From the NCBI GenBank assembly GCA_951406725.2, contig OX597815.1, forward strand, positions 39,308,001-39,372,000: DNA of 64,000 nt, given 5' to 3'. Positions 1-12,769 of this stretch are shown piece after piece. The first letter of the stretch is position 1. Each line of letters starts with the position of its first letter. The notes under the pieces were generated by a model that saw only the letters and a list, made by a program, of their open reading frames with translations, ran no database searches and was not told the DNA's origin. The stretch is from Octopus vulgaris. Its lineage: Eukaryota. A program made the translations under genes and the position numbers.

Positions 1-39
1 ATTTAATATTATAGTAAAGAATCCACCTATAACAAGCCT

Positions 40-655
40 GTCTAAAAATATTGCTTGAAAGTGTTGCGAAAGCAATGATTGACAACAAACAGCAAGCTGT
101 TGTCAATTCTCTGGAGACAGCTCATGAGGGACCCATTTTCCAGCCACTGAAACCTTTCCAATGTGTTTTAGCTGACATACCATTGTTGTATGGGCCACGT
201 TTAACTGTTCTACAAGTTCCCTAGTGGTAACAGTACGATTCTCTGAAACAAGAGCTTCCAACATTTCGGAATCAAGTCTTTTTTTGGATGACCCTCTTTT
301 GGCTCTTCTTTCAAAATGAAATCACAACTTCGGAAACGGGGAAACCACCTCCTGCAACTTCTATCATTCACTACATCACCCCACGAGTGCTCTGAATAGA
401 TCTTGCTGCTGCACTTGCATTAACACCTTTATGAAACTCGTAGTGTAAAACATTTCTTATGTGATCTTTAGATGGGACAAACATGATGGTAAAATTTTTT
501 GAGAATTATGGCCAGAAGTTCGATAATCTGAAAGAAAATAGTACAAATTAGACACAGAAATATCTTAAAACCATAAGAGGAGATTAAAAAATTGATAAAT
601 TTGCTCGGAAACATTTTTTCTAGAAATCAGACATTACTTTTGCACCAACCTGATA
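40..655 (-). mobile_element. Mariner transposon 5' part (decayed transposase plus one TIR)
   Basis: Minus strand from ATG ~484 reads MFVPSKDHIRNVLHYEFHKG...RRWFPRFR...GKWVPHEL (mariner WVPHEL motif), with disruptions. 631-655 reverse-complements to TATCAGGTTGGTGCAAAAGTAAT, a mariner-type TIR. Confidence 0.85.
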
Positions 656-988
656 CTATATCTGAAAAAAGACAATGGATGTGGCTGGAAGATGTTTGAT
701 TAAGCTTAATCTGAACTGGCTTGGGGTTTAACAAAGACATTTTTGTTTATAGAGAAGTTAACATAACATTTATGCAAAATAAAATCAATATATATATAAC
801 TAACTACAGATAAGATACAAAAACATAATAGATATCAAATTTGAATACTTTCTGTTTGTTGCTTTCAATGGATAAATGAAATTTTAAATTTCTTTTTATT
901 AGATTTACAGTATCTTCAAACTATGTTTATTTTTTTAACTCTACACTGAAAATTTACAATCAAATATTGACTTGTCTTCTATTAAAAG

Positions 989-1123
989 CGAGTGGAGCCT
1001 TGGGAATCTGAGAAAACTGAAGCCGACTGGGAATGTTTTTTCTGGGATAAGAATGTTTCAAGAAAGAATATAGTCCAACTGCTTCAAAGAATTAAAGATA
1101 CTGATAGCAGTAATGGGTCTGAG
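989..1123 (+). CDS. Probable internal coding exon of an unidentified host gene
   Basis: AG at 987-988 after a pyrimidine-rich stretch; GAG|GTAAAC donor at 1124; 135 bp open, phase 0/0: RVEPWESEKTEADWECFFWDKNVSRKNIVQLLQRIKDTDSSNGSE. Confidence 0.6.
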
Positions 1124-1254
1124 GTAAACTACATTTTTGAAATTTCTAGCATGCATTTTGTAATCTGTTTTTAGCTTTTTGTTTTATCTTACTGGTTCAA
1201 CATATCATTATCATCATGTTCATTTTCTATTCTGGCATGAATTGGATGGTTTAA

Positions 1255-3480
1255 CCAGAGCTGGTAAACTAGAGAGCTGCTATGAAAGCAAGGTCATCAA
1301 CATTTGGCAGTTTCCAAGGGCAGCCAGTCTTGAATTCCTCTATTATGGCCTGGAGGACAATGATGAAAAGGAGGGGACTAAGTACCAAGCCCTGATGAAT
1401 GCCTACCTGTACACCAAATTCATCACTGTACTCATAGTTAACTTTCACCTTACTGACAGAGCTTCTGTGCATGGCATGTACAGCTATTACAAGCCACTCA
1501 TCTATCCCTAGCTTCCTCAGAGCCCACCATATCACACATCAGGGTAATCTATCAAAGGCTTTCTTTAGATCAACAAATGCCAAGTATAATGGTTTAATCT
1601 TAGCTAAATACTTCTCTTGCAGTTGCCTTCTCTTGTAGTGCTTCTTCCCCGGACAAAGTCAGAGTACATTTCATCTAGTCTAATTCTGCTCTTAATTAAT
1701 TGTGCTGTAACACTCTTTATAATTTTCATTGTCTAGTATTTGATACCTCTATAATTACTTGTATCCAAGGCCTCTCCCTTACTCTTGTAGCAGCTGACTA
1801 TAATGCTGCTACACCAGTCACTGGGGATTATGTCTTCCTGAATAACCTGATTAACTCTATGGGTGACTAGTCCATATTCTACTCTACCAGATATTTTAAT
1901 TATCTTTGCAGTGACTCCTGATGATTCAGGGACTTTCTCTGTCTTCATATCTTTAATTGTTTATCTATCATAGCACTGTCTACTAGGGTAGCTGGTCCCT
2001 CTGTCAGATTCACATAAAGGAAACTCCCTTTATTCTATTCATTCATCACCATCATCATCGTTTAACGTCCACTTTCCATGCTAGCATGGGTTGGAAGATT
2101 TGACTGAGGTCTGGCGAACCAGATGGCTGCACCACACTCCAATCTGATCTGGCAGAATTTCTACAGCTGGATGCCCTTCCTAACGCCAACCACTCCGAGA
2201 GTGTAGTGGGTGCTTTTACATGCCACCGGCACGAGCCACCAGCATTATCCATATTTAATAGCCTTGCATAGTAACTCTTCCATACCTCTTTCTTTTCAGA
2301 ATTACTAAGTGCAAGCATACCATTATCCATCCATACACACTTCTCTTTCATAACTTCTTGATTCTCTCTGACACACTGTCTAGCAATATGGAACACCTCA
2401 AGTCTCTGATTTTCACATTTTAGGACATTGGCAAACCTCTTCCTTTCTGCTTCTGCTCTAGCTAGATAAACCTGACACTTAGCTTCCTGTTTAGCTATCT
2501 GATATGGTTCCCTGCTACGCCCACTTTTCCATTCTTTGCAAACCCATTTCTTCTCATTTACGACCCTGCCAACCTCAGTGTCCCACTGTCATATCACTCT
2601 TGGTCTGGCAGAAGCTTTGCTCCAGCCACAGATTTGATCTGTCTCAATTACTAGATCATCCTGTAAGAACTTCCATTTGTCCTCTGTCGCATATCTCTAT
2701 CTCTTCCTCCTTCTCATCAAAGGCTTCATTAAGAACATTTCTTAAATCTCTGCCTATATGAAGGATTCCTGAGTTTCCATGACCGCCTTTTCTATACCAG
2801 TTTGTGTCTTCATCATTCTAACCCTAAGTTTGAAGTCACTAACCTCTCTTGAGTTGTACATTTTTCACCTGGAAAGGATTTTGCATTCACAAGCATATGC
2901 CTGTCTCTGTTTCTGGTGAAGATGTTGTCACTCTGGCTACGGTGCCTACCAGATTGATAAGTAATGAGATGGCTGGCAGATTTTATGAAGTCGGTATTGC
3001 AGATCAGTAAATCATGTACATCACAAAACTCCAGCAACCTTGTTCCTTCCTTATTTCTAGGGCCAAACTGTAGCCTCCATGCATTCTCTGAAACCCATCA
3101 GTGTTTTCCAACATGGCCATTGAAGTCCCCTGCCACAATGAGAACATAGTTGTCTTTCATTGTCAAGGTAGTCCACAGAAAAGATTGATCTATCACATAC
3201 CCTGACGACCTCAGTCTCCTTATACACCCATTTCTCTGCCTGGAGAATAGAATACTTACACCACCTAGACCATCATTGCTGCCCACCCAGAAGAACATGT
3301 ATCTATGTCTCTTACCTGTAAGCACTCTAACTGAGGCTCACCTCCATTGTACCTCTTGCATGCAGTACACATCTACATACCTTCACTCAAACATTTCAGC
3401 AATCTCTCCAGACTTACCTCTCATTGTGGAAGCTTTGTGCTTGTAGGCTGGGGATGATGTTTTCAGCATCTGGAAAGGAA
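1255..3480 (-). mobile_element. Decayed RTE-clade LINE (AP endonuclease + RT), intronic
   Basis: APE motifs IVAGDFNGHVG, LEFCDVHDLLICNT, ITYQSG. RT motifs PSDWCSSIIV..KGEALDTSNYRGI, AFVDLKKAFD, IWWALRKLG, GIHQGLVLSPLLF, NVDDL. Many frameshifts. Confidence 0.9.
2043..2238 (-). mobile_element. SINE/retroposon 3' fragment nested in the RTE
   Basis: Interrupts the RTE reading frame. Minus strand has GTTGGCGTTAGGAAGGGCATCCAGCTGTAG and ends in a (GAT)n tail. Confidence 0.6.
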
Positions 3481-4971
3481 AACATCTTTGAGGTCACTTA
3501 CCTAGAGGCAGCAGGTCCTTGTGTTTAGTGTAAGCAGGTACAAATACAAGCTGCAGTTTGAATTTCCTTCAGTCTTATAAGGTGTTCATGGGCATGCTTA
3601 TACAGCATATAAAATAAATATACACACACTTACATATTATTGACACAAATATATGTCCATAAAGTTGATAAAATAAGTACCAAACTACTATGTGTTGGAT
3701 GGTCTTTTTACTGAAGTAATTACATTGGATATCATTTCTTATATTAAGTCACTTGATTATGAAGTAGAGGTGGAACTTATCGTTGTAGGATTTAAATTCT
3801 GAAATATTTTCAACCCTTGTATAGTTGAAATGTGTATGTGTTTTCCTTCTTTGTTACTACTAAATTTATTTCCTACTAAACTGAAAATATTTCATCCATC
3901 AAAAACTTCTCTGGTAGTATTACCCACATGATCTCTAAGTTTCTTCGAAATTTTGTAAATCTCATACAAAAATAAGAATAGTGACTCCTGAATATATGGT
4001 TATGATATCAAACTTTGTTCATCAGTCTACTTCCAATCAAGGTACATAACTCTGTATATACTTATTGCATTTAACACTTCATGGTGCAATTCAAATGCTA
4101 GTTTTGGTATTGATTGTTAGCCTCAACTCAATCTTGATCCAGCCCACCTATGATCAAAGGTTATTTAGAAATGACTGTTTCAACATTTCTCAGGCATTGT
4201 ATAGCTTGGACAACACTACCGAATGCGCCCTTTTTTTGAAGATCATAAAATGTAATTTGAAGCAGAATAAACCACTTGGTCATTTGTTGATCTGTTGAAG
4301 ATGGTCATCTGCATATTGTGCAAAGCACACGTAATTTGAGAGAATGGCTTGACATTGAAAGCTTCAGTTGTTGCATGTAGGTGAGACCACAGTGTTAGTA
4401 TGAGTAATGTGTGATGATAGTGTTGAGTACTGTTGAGAGAGGAAGATGTGGGAAGAATTCTTGCGATCAAGGTGTGTTAGGTATCCTGGATAAAATAATA
4501 GTCAAAATGAGAGAGGATATATTGTAGATTTTTGTACATGTTAAGAAGGATGTTAAAAACAATATGACTTATATGTATCTACACATGCACATATAAGGTA
4601 AATTTTCAAGCAAGTATTTTTAGTAAATACACATCCTTGCTATAAAAAAAAAACAGACACTGTAACTAAACACATTAATATTTATTTGTAAGAAATAAAA
4701 GCAAAAACATTCTGAAGAAATATGTAAGGTGGTGCTACTTTAGTTAGTTTGGCTGATAAAAAAATCTGTAAGCAATACAAATTGTTTTTAAATGCATATG
4801 TATTTATGTTTAACATTAAAAAAAAAACCCTAAACTCAAATCCTTTAAATGTTGGAAAGAGAAAGAAAATAGCAAAAGGGGAAGTACATGGTTCAAAAGT
4901 TTTAATTTCTTATTATCCTCGTTGATATAATTATCAAAATTTCACCATTTTTATATTTTATTTTATTTCAG

Positions 4972-5160
4972 GCCTCTGATGACAAACAACTACCTAATCT
5001 ACCATCAGATGCCTCAGAAGAAACTGTTGTTGCTCTTCCTCAAGTTCAGGCTTACAAAAAAGCTCTAACATCAATGATTGATGAGGGTGAAAATACAGAA
5101 AACTTGAAAGCATATAAAGAAAGTGTAAAAAACTTGTTAAATATAAAAACAACATTTTAA
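4972..5160 (+). CDS. Probable terminal coding exon of the same host gene
   Basis: Strong T-rich acceptor TTTTATTTCAG at 4961-4971; phase 0, 62 codons ASDDKQLPNLPSDASEE...YKESVKNLLNIKTTF then TAA; in frame with exon 989-1123; AATAAA at 5358-5363. Confidence 0.7.
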   Translation, partial: ASDDKQLPNLPSDASEETVVALPQVQAYKKALTSMIDEGENTENLKAYKESVKNLLNIKTTF

Positions 5161-5784
5161 ACTGTTATACTGAGACATCTTTAGACTATTTGTGAAATAG
5201 GAGTTAAAAAATGCCCTTTATTACCTCATCCATCACAGATTTCTAGCCATTGAAAGTCTATCTTCCTGAAATTCTTCTGCATAGTTTTTCTCAGATTTAA
5301 CATGTTGCTTGATATGGGGTGATTAAAGTATTAGGGGTGTTTTTTGCCTTTTTTATAAATAAATTATTTTAAAAATTGTTTATTCTTTCATTACTGTGTT
5401 TATTAAATCATATATTCTTAAAATGTTTAAATATTGTATCTTTTCCTATTGTGATGTCCTTCATTCTTTAATCTTGTCATTATGAAACACATCAGCAAGA
5501 TATGATTAGTTCATTACATTGACCTCCATCCTCGACTGGTGCTTTATGCTATCAATCTCTGAGGAATGAAAGGCAAAGATGTCCTCAGAACTTAAACACA
5601 GAATGTAAAGAACTGGTACAAATTCTTTAAGGCATTTTATTCAATTCCAACAATTCTGCCAATCCATCAACTTTACAGAGAGTATAATCGTGTCGAAATT
5701 TGATTGTGTTTTTTAGGACAGTAACCTATTAATTACCTTACCTTTTATTATTACTAATAATCTGCAGTCAGTCACAGTAATTTC

Positions 5785-7010
5785 TTGGGACATGGAAAAT
5801 GCCTTAATGATGAAAAGCCTGTTATCATCAAGAAAAGTGCTAAAGGCACCTCTCTTCAAGTCATTACAGAGAAGTTAGGTCATCATGTGGACATGGTTAG
5901 ACAATTCCTGAAGAAACTATCCAATTGTGGGACCTCCAAGACTGTGACAGCTAACAATTTAAGGAATGTTGGCCGCAAATTACATGGGAGACCTGGACAA
6001 ACAAGCAAAGCCATTTTCACTACATCTGGACTTATGTACCACAAACCACCAGAAATCACATCCTCAGGATCATGGCTTCTGTGCAAGAACCCTTGAAACT
6101 GCCTCCTTTATCAGGAGTTTGAGGCTTCAGTGGGCCCAAAAGTACATGACATTAGACATGAGTTATGTTCTGTTCACTGACAAAGCTAGAGTGACCCTTG
6201 ACGGACCTGATGGTTGGGTCTATTTTGGAGATGAGCATCACCAACGTTTACGATGTCAACAATAGGTTGGAGGTATCTTCGGGGACAGACCTGGCCCAGT
6301 CAGGGTTCCTGAAGGAGTTAAAGTGACCACAGCCACCTACTGCAATCTCCTGAAGGAGGTCATGGATCCCTGGCTAGATGACCTATGGATGTTGCTTCTA
6401 AGGACATGACAACGCTCCCTCCCACTCTGCTAGGACCATCCAAACATTACTAGGATCTTACAGCATACAAGATGAAAGGTTGATGGTGTAGCTGCCAGCA
6501 TCTCCAGATCTCAACCCTATAGAAAATCTTTGGTCTATCATTAAACGATGTTTATGCCAATTTACGTCAATAGATGTCTTATGGGCGATCATCAAAGCTG
6601 CAGCAGAGGCAGTCCAATGTGTTATTATTAAGAAATTGACAGATTCCATGACTAATGGGGTTTTAGAAGTTACCCGTCGAAATAGCACTCATGTGGCCAA
6701 ATAATTCATTATGTCAATAAATATAATATGATTTTCTGTTAAATATATACTCAATGTATGCTTAATATGTATCATTACCCTTCATTTTCTGGAAAAAAAT
6801 GTCTAGATGGGCTATTTTAATTCAAAAGCTATTAGCGTGGTTCACCCAAAAAACTGAAGAATCTGAAATAAAAAAGGACATTACACAGTACAATGAAAAT
6901 AGTGGTGTTGCCATAGTGTGCAAACCAGCTGGGAAAAGTTTTATCAAAATCGATTTACAGAAAACCAAGAAATCCTAAATTTCACTCCTAAGCTATTAGC
7001 ATAGTTCTAG
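5785..7010 (+). mobile_element. Decayed Tc1-superfamily DD37E (TRT-like) transposon
   Basis: VLFTD..RVTLDGPDGW and HDNAPSH...SPDLNPIENLW, with 37 residues between D and E (counted; one is a stop). AAGCTATTAGC occurs at ~6827 and ~6991, probably right-end repeats. Confidence 0.85.
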
Positions 7011-7043
7011 ATGTATGTATATGTGTGTGTGTATATATATATA

Positions 7044-7262
7044 GGTGAGCTGGCAGACACGTTAGCGCGCCGGGCAAAATGCTTAGTGGTATTTCATCTG
7101 TCGTTACGTTCTGAGTTCAAATTCCGCTGAGGTCGACATTGCCTTTCATCCTTTCAGGGTCGATAAATAAAGTACCAGTTTTGCACTGGGGTCGATGCAA
7201 TCGACTTAATCCCTTTATCTGTCCTTGTTTGTCCCCTCTATGTTTAACCCCTTGTGGGCAAT
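7044..7262 (+). mobile_element. SINE family A (tRNA-derived)
   Basis: A-box-like TGGCAGA, B-box GAGTTCAAATTCC, central GCCTTTCATCCTTTCGGGGTCGATAAA..AAGTACCAG. More than 15 copies or fragments in the window (e.g. 5505, 19322, 19712, 26525, 40400, 43350, 43648, 48020, 55890). Confidence 0.85.
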
Positions 7263-7271
7263 ATACATATG

Positions 7272-7640
7272 GGCGCAGGAGTGGCTGTGTGGTAAGTAGC
7301 TTGCTAACCAACCACATGGTTGCGGGTTCAGTCCCACTGCGTGGCATCTTGGGCAAGTGACTTCTACTATAGCCCCGGGCCGACCAATGCCTTGTGAGTG
7401 GATTTGGTAGACGGAAACTGAAAGAAGCCCGTCGTATATATGTATATATATATATATGTGTGTGTTTGTCCCTCTAGCATTGCTTGACAACCGATGCTGG
7501 TGTCACTTAGCGGTTCGGCAAAAGAGACCGATAGAATAAGTACTGGGCTTACAAAGAATAAGTCCCGGGGTCGATTTGATCAACTAAAGGCGGTGCTCCA
7601 GCATGGCCGCAGTCAAATGACTGAAACAAGTAAAAGAGTA
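7272..7640 (+). mobile_element. SINE family B (tRNA head, CORE-like segment, internal microsatellite)
   Basis: A box TGGCTGTGTGG, B box GGTTCAGTCCC, CTTGGGCAAGTG CORE-like motif, internal (TA)n(TG)n, AAAAGAGT tail. Copies at 9981, 18198, 27180; degenerate reverse copy ~7650-7800. Confidence 0.85.
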
Positions 7641-8224
7641 TACAAATGATGGGCTTCTTTCAGTTTTTGTCTACCAGATCTACTAACATGACTTTGGTCT
7701 GTGTGGGGGATTTAGCAGAAGACACATCTCCAAAGTGCTCTGCAGTGAGACTGAACTTAAATCCACATAGTTGAGAAGCATACTTCTTAACCACGTAGCC
7801 ATACTTACACCAATACATGGTAAGCAAGTTTGCCAGTAGTTTGAAATGAAACACAAAATTTGAAATATTTTTATTTGTTTACCTTGTATTTAATCTCTGT
7901 AGTGCAGGGTCGGAAATAACTTCCTGGTTATTTGAGGTGGTGACCCAGTTTTACTTATTCTACTTTATATATTGCTCTAGGAAAGGCATGAATATTGTGC
8001 TACGTCTGTCTGCATAAGTTTAAAGCTTCATGCTTACTTACTAGAAACAACTGGAATCCACTTCATAAAGCCTCTTCCTGTGATTTAATAACATTCACTG
8101 TAAGCTATGCTCCATTAATATATCAGTAAGACACGGAAGTGCCATCTCGCCGAGGTGCGGGCAGGACAAGCAAATTGAATGTTACTATTTATATCATTTA
8201 GTGTTGATTTGAAATTCAAGTTTG

Positions 8225-9610
8225 TCGATGTTCTCCTTTCAAGTGATAAAAGATGTTATCAATCTTTACACCGATATCCTCCATGACAGGAATAAAAGCA
8301 ATTAAATTCTGGTGGGAAAAGTACTCCTAGAATGCATCAACCAGGTCTTTATTATTGAATCTTTAAAATTTATACTTCAGAACAATTATTTCCTATTTGA
8401 TAACACATATTATCGTCAGAAATGCAGGATTGCGATGGGAACGAAAGCAGCCCCTCTTCTTGAGAACCTAATAATGGGTTATTTTGAATTTACCTTATAT
8501 GAAGTATCACTTCAGAAATATGGTTACCCATTTTACCTCTACATAAGAGAAAATTGGAAAAGATACCTGGATGACTGTTTTATCATTTCAAAGGAGAACA
8601 TCAACAAACTTTTGGATTTCAAATCAACACTAAATGATATAAATAGTAACATTAAATTCACAATGGAATATAACAAAGAACAACTCCCATTTTTAGACAT
8701 TATGATAAAAAAGTCAACAATCAAATCTATACTGACATCTATTATAAACCAACTGATTCAAAACAATATCTCCTCTGCCACCCGAAACACATCAAAATAA
8801 ATATCCCTTTCAATTTGGCAAAATTAATTTACACAATAGTGTATAATAGAACAACTCGGGACCTTCGTCTTGAAGACCTCAAAACAACATTTATTGAAAG
8901 CCAATATCCACCCTCACTTATCGACAAGGGAATTAAACGTGCCAAACAATTAGACATAAAAACACTAAGAACAACAAAACATAACACCACACCTCATCTC
9001 AAAACATTACTATTTATATCAACACACAACCCCAGAAACAGTGAGGCATTCAAGACTATTGTGCAAAATCTTCCTTTTCAAGACTAGAGATCCAAAAACG
9101 AACAACATCCTGAAAACACACAAACTCATCAAATGTAAAAAGCAAGACAAATCGCTAAAGAGACTACTAACAAATGCGAAGCTTTACAAAACAACCACGA
9201 AACCAACGGTTGAAAAATGTAGACGTCCAAACTGTGGAACCTGCCCCAACCTACTTGAGGGCTCGGATTTCCTTTTCAAACAAGGACAGAGGTTCACAAT
9301 TAAAATTAGTTTCACTTGTGCCTCTGAGAACCTAATTTATGTAATAACCTGCTCGGGTTGCGGACACAACTATATTGGACACACGAGTACGACCTTGAGA
9401 AAGAGAACCACTCTACATAAAGAGCAAATCCTGTTCCCGCAATACAGGCAAATTCATCTCAGTGAACATATAGAAAAATGTGCAGATAACATCAAACCAA
9501 ATTTCACAGTCTTCTCCCAGTGCAAAGACACAATCTCTCCACAAGAACGTTTAAATGAAACTTTTTTCATTGAACAATACAAAATACATCTTAATATGCA
9601 CGCATAACCA
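8225..9610 (+). mobile_element. Penelope-like element (RT + GIY-YIG endonuclease), 5'-truncated and frameshifted
   Basis: NNYFLFDNTYYRQKCRIAMGTKAAP, WKRYLDDCF, LPFLD, then CRRPNCGTC linker and FTCASENLIYVITCSGCGHNYIG, split over ORFs 8312-8800, 8815-9087 and 9041-9607. Confidence 0.93.
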
Positions 9611-9980
9611 ACTTTTATCTTTTTACATATCTCAATTCACGATTACATTACTGTACATAAATCCCCTCACTAAACAAGTTTTTCGAAACCTTTTTTTGTC
9701 TGTACATATGTATTCCCATCCCTTTACCGAAAGCTGAACAGTTATCTCCCTTACCCACAACAGTAACAATAATAACGATAACCAATTGCCTCCCTTATTT
9801 TTCTACTGGTGAAGTCATTCACTCGTAAATATCATCACACACAGCATGGACAAAATTTCTTCTTTAAAAAATACATATTCAAATACATATCCTTTCTGTT
9901 ACTACTACATATTCATATATATATATATAAATATATATATATACATAAATTTATACATACACACATATACATACATACAT

Positions 9981-10138
9981 AGGCGTAGGAGTGGCTGTGT
10001 GCTAAGTAACTTGATTACCAACCACATAGTTCCGGGTACATTCCCACTGCATGGCATTTTGGGCAAGTGTCTTCTACTATAGCCTCGGGCCGACCAAAGC
10101 CTTGTGAGTGGATTTCGTAGACTGAAGCCCGTTGTATA

Positions 10139-10183
<45 letters not shown>

Positions 10184-11055
10184 TTATATATATAAAACTG
10201 AGAATGTGTGTCTGTCTGTCTGTGTGTTTCCCTAAAACGTGAGAACTACACAACCAATATCATTCAAATTTTACACATGCCTTACTTAGGGTTCGGGGAG
10301 TGTCATCGGCAAAAATTTTTTTAACTTCTTGCCTTCACCACTTGACCCACAGCAATATCATATCTTTTCCACTACGATGCCCTAAAACTTGAGAACTACA
10401 AAACCAATTTCATTCAAATTTTACACATGCCTTACTAAGGGTCCATGTAGTTTCATGGGCAAAAAAAATGTTCAACTTCTTGCCTAGAGCGAGCCCATAG
10501 CAATATCATATCTTCTCCACTATTTCAGTATAACATGTTAAAAGTGAAATAAAAATATTCCTCAATTTTATGTCAGATGCTTTCACTTTAACAATAAAAA
10601 TAATAATAACAATTGAATTATATATAGTAAGTAATAATTAAAATCAAACTAAAGTATAATATAATCGTAACATAACAAAAGTAAAAATAGCAATTGGTAT
10701 AAAATTGCATCAATGATTTGAACTTGAATAAGTGGTTTCACATGAATGGGAAAAAATAAAAAATAAAATTAGCGTGCAGAAATAGAATAGTCCAGATGGA
10801 TAATAAAAAATTAAATTAAAGAAAAGACTATTGTCTATAAAGTATACAATGTAGAGAAAAAAGAAGAGCTAACAATTCCAGTCTGTTATATATTTTGAGT
10901 ATTGTTATCACTAGCGATATCAAGATATAACTTTGTATTTTGCATTTTATGTGTAGATGTATATATATAGATGTACATGTAATATGTACACATATATATA
11001 CACATATATACATGCACCAGCACTATGACCCGGCAACGACGGGTCTTTAATACTA

Positions 11056-11111
<56 letters not shown>

Positions 11112-11300
11112 ATGTATGTATGTTTGTGTGTCTGTGTTTGTCCCCCCCTCCTCCAACATCGCTTTTTGCCAACTGATGGTGGCAAAGAGCCGATAGAATA
11201 AGTACTAGGCTTATAAAGAATAAGTCCTGGGGTCAATTTGCCCGACTAAAGACGGTGCTCCGGCATGGCCGCAGTCAAGTGACTGAAACAAGTAAAAGTA
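9981..11300 (+). mobile_element. SINE family B split by a Helitron insertion
   Basis: 5' half 9981-10140 and 3' half ~11120-11300 match the intact copy at 7272-7640. Confidence 0.8.
10181..11056 (+). mobile_element. Non-autonomous Helitron
   Basis: 5' TC, 3' hairpin GACCCG-GCAACGA-CGGGTC followed by CTAG, inserted at A|T with no TSD; internal ~150-bp tandem duplication (10231-10520). Confidence 0.8.
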
Positions 11301-11444
11301 AAGTAAATACATACATATATATATGTATATATATATAGATACATATATCTCAATCTATATCTATCTATATCTCTATATATTTATATATATACATATAAAT
11401 ATTTATATTTATAAATATATAGATACATCTCTCTCTCTCTCTCT

Positions 11445-11532
<88 letters not shown>

Positions 11533-12269
11533 TGTAATGATAGCGGTTACCAATTGTAACGGGTAAGATTGATTTGTAAACAATAATATGAAATGTCGGA
11601 GTCAGCAGTTGTAACGATAAAAATTTGTTGTTAGAATTGCATGTTTATTATTAATTTACCGTTACGTTACAATACCTTGCCTCGATGAGCAGGTTATGAT
11701 AAATCCAAAAGCATTCGAAGTAAAGTTTGTATTTGTGTCGTCCTCATCATTGTTTAGTAGTAATTACAGAGAGAGATAGAATCATGTTGTAAGAGAACAG
11801 AATTAGAGCTAGTGAGAGTTGTAGGGTGTTTTTTCACAGTTGCTGACAGTAATCTCCATTTCTCTCTCTGGCCAAGGTTCTAGCTGGTCAGCCAGACTTC
11901 GTTGTCACTGAAGTGACTAACTTGTTGAATCGTCACCATGTGACTGGACTCGTTGAGTCGTCACCGACTGATTTTTGCTTGGGGGGTTCTTGCTTTTATA
12001 ACTATCCAGAATGATAGATATATCATTGAGAACAATAAATTTAATTGGTGGTCTTGTTATCTCTATTCTAGCTTTTGGTGAATTAGAAGAGGTTAGGAAG
12101 GGTCAAGTGGTGAAGACAATATTTTAGCCTAGCTAAAGGCATCTGGAAAATGTAAAACTGCTGTCAGAGAAAAAACATTGTTCCACCGAGGGAAAAGTTC
12201 TGTTGAAGTGTTAATTTAAATTTGGCTATGTTGGATCGTATCCACTTCATGCATGCAAGATCCACTACA
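11533..12269 (-). mobile_element. Solo LTR (Gypsy-like)
   Basis: TGTA...TACA ends, 4-bp TSD TATT (11529-11532 and 12270-12273), minus-strand TATAAAAG ~11995 and AATAAA ~11645. Confidence 0.7.
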
Positions 12270-12769
12270 TATTTAAGAAAAAGTAAGTTCAAAAAGAACA
12301 ATTCAAACTTTTTGGGGGATCCAAAAAGAGAGAAAAGGTGATTTCTAATAAGGATTCATCATATTCATGAAACCAGCCAGAACAGGTAATAAGAATATGA
12401 ATATAATATTTGAGGAGATTCGTTTTAAGTATAAGAATATACCATAAACAATATAAAAAAAGGAGAGATGTTGAAATAGAAATAGATTTATTCAATGCAT
12501 ACGTACGTTTCGAAAAACAATGCAAGAAAGTAAGAAAATAATTTAAATCATAGTGATTATAATTATAATTGAAAATAAACAACTAAAAAATTAAGATTAA
12601 GAATAAAAATAAAAATAAAATTTAAAATTTAATTTATGCATTTTATTTTTATTTTTCTTCTCTCTCACCATTATTATTGTTGATACGATTTTTCCCGTTC
12701 ACAACTTGATTTGTAAATAACCAGATTTCCTTTATTGCCCCATCCGTGTTCTTTTATACAACTAATTAA

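Noticed and set aside
9041-9607. Selenocysteine recoding as reported for some Penelope lineages
   Set aside because: The visible Cys positions are TGT/TGC, not TGA; no SECIS identified.
9800-9840. CTGGTGAAGTC as the Penelope's own hammerhead
   Set aside because: No downstream GAAAC or stem II partner visible.
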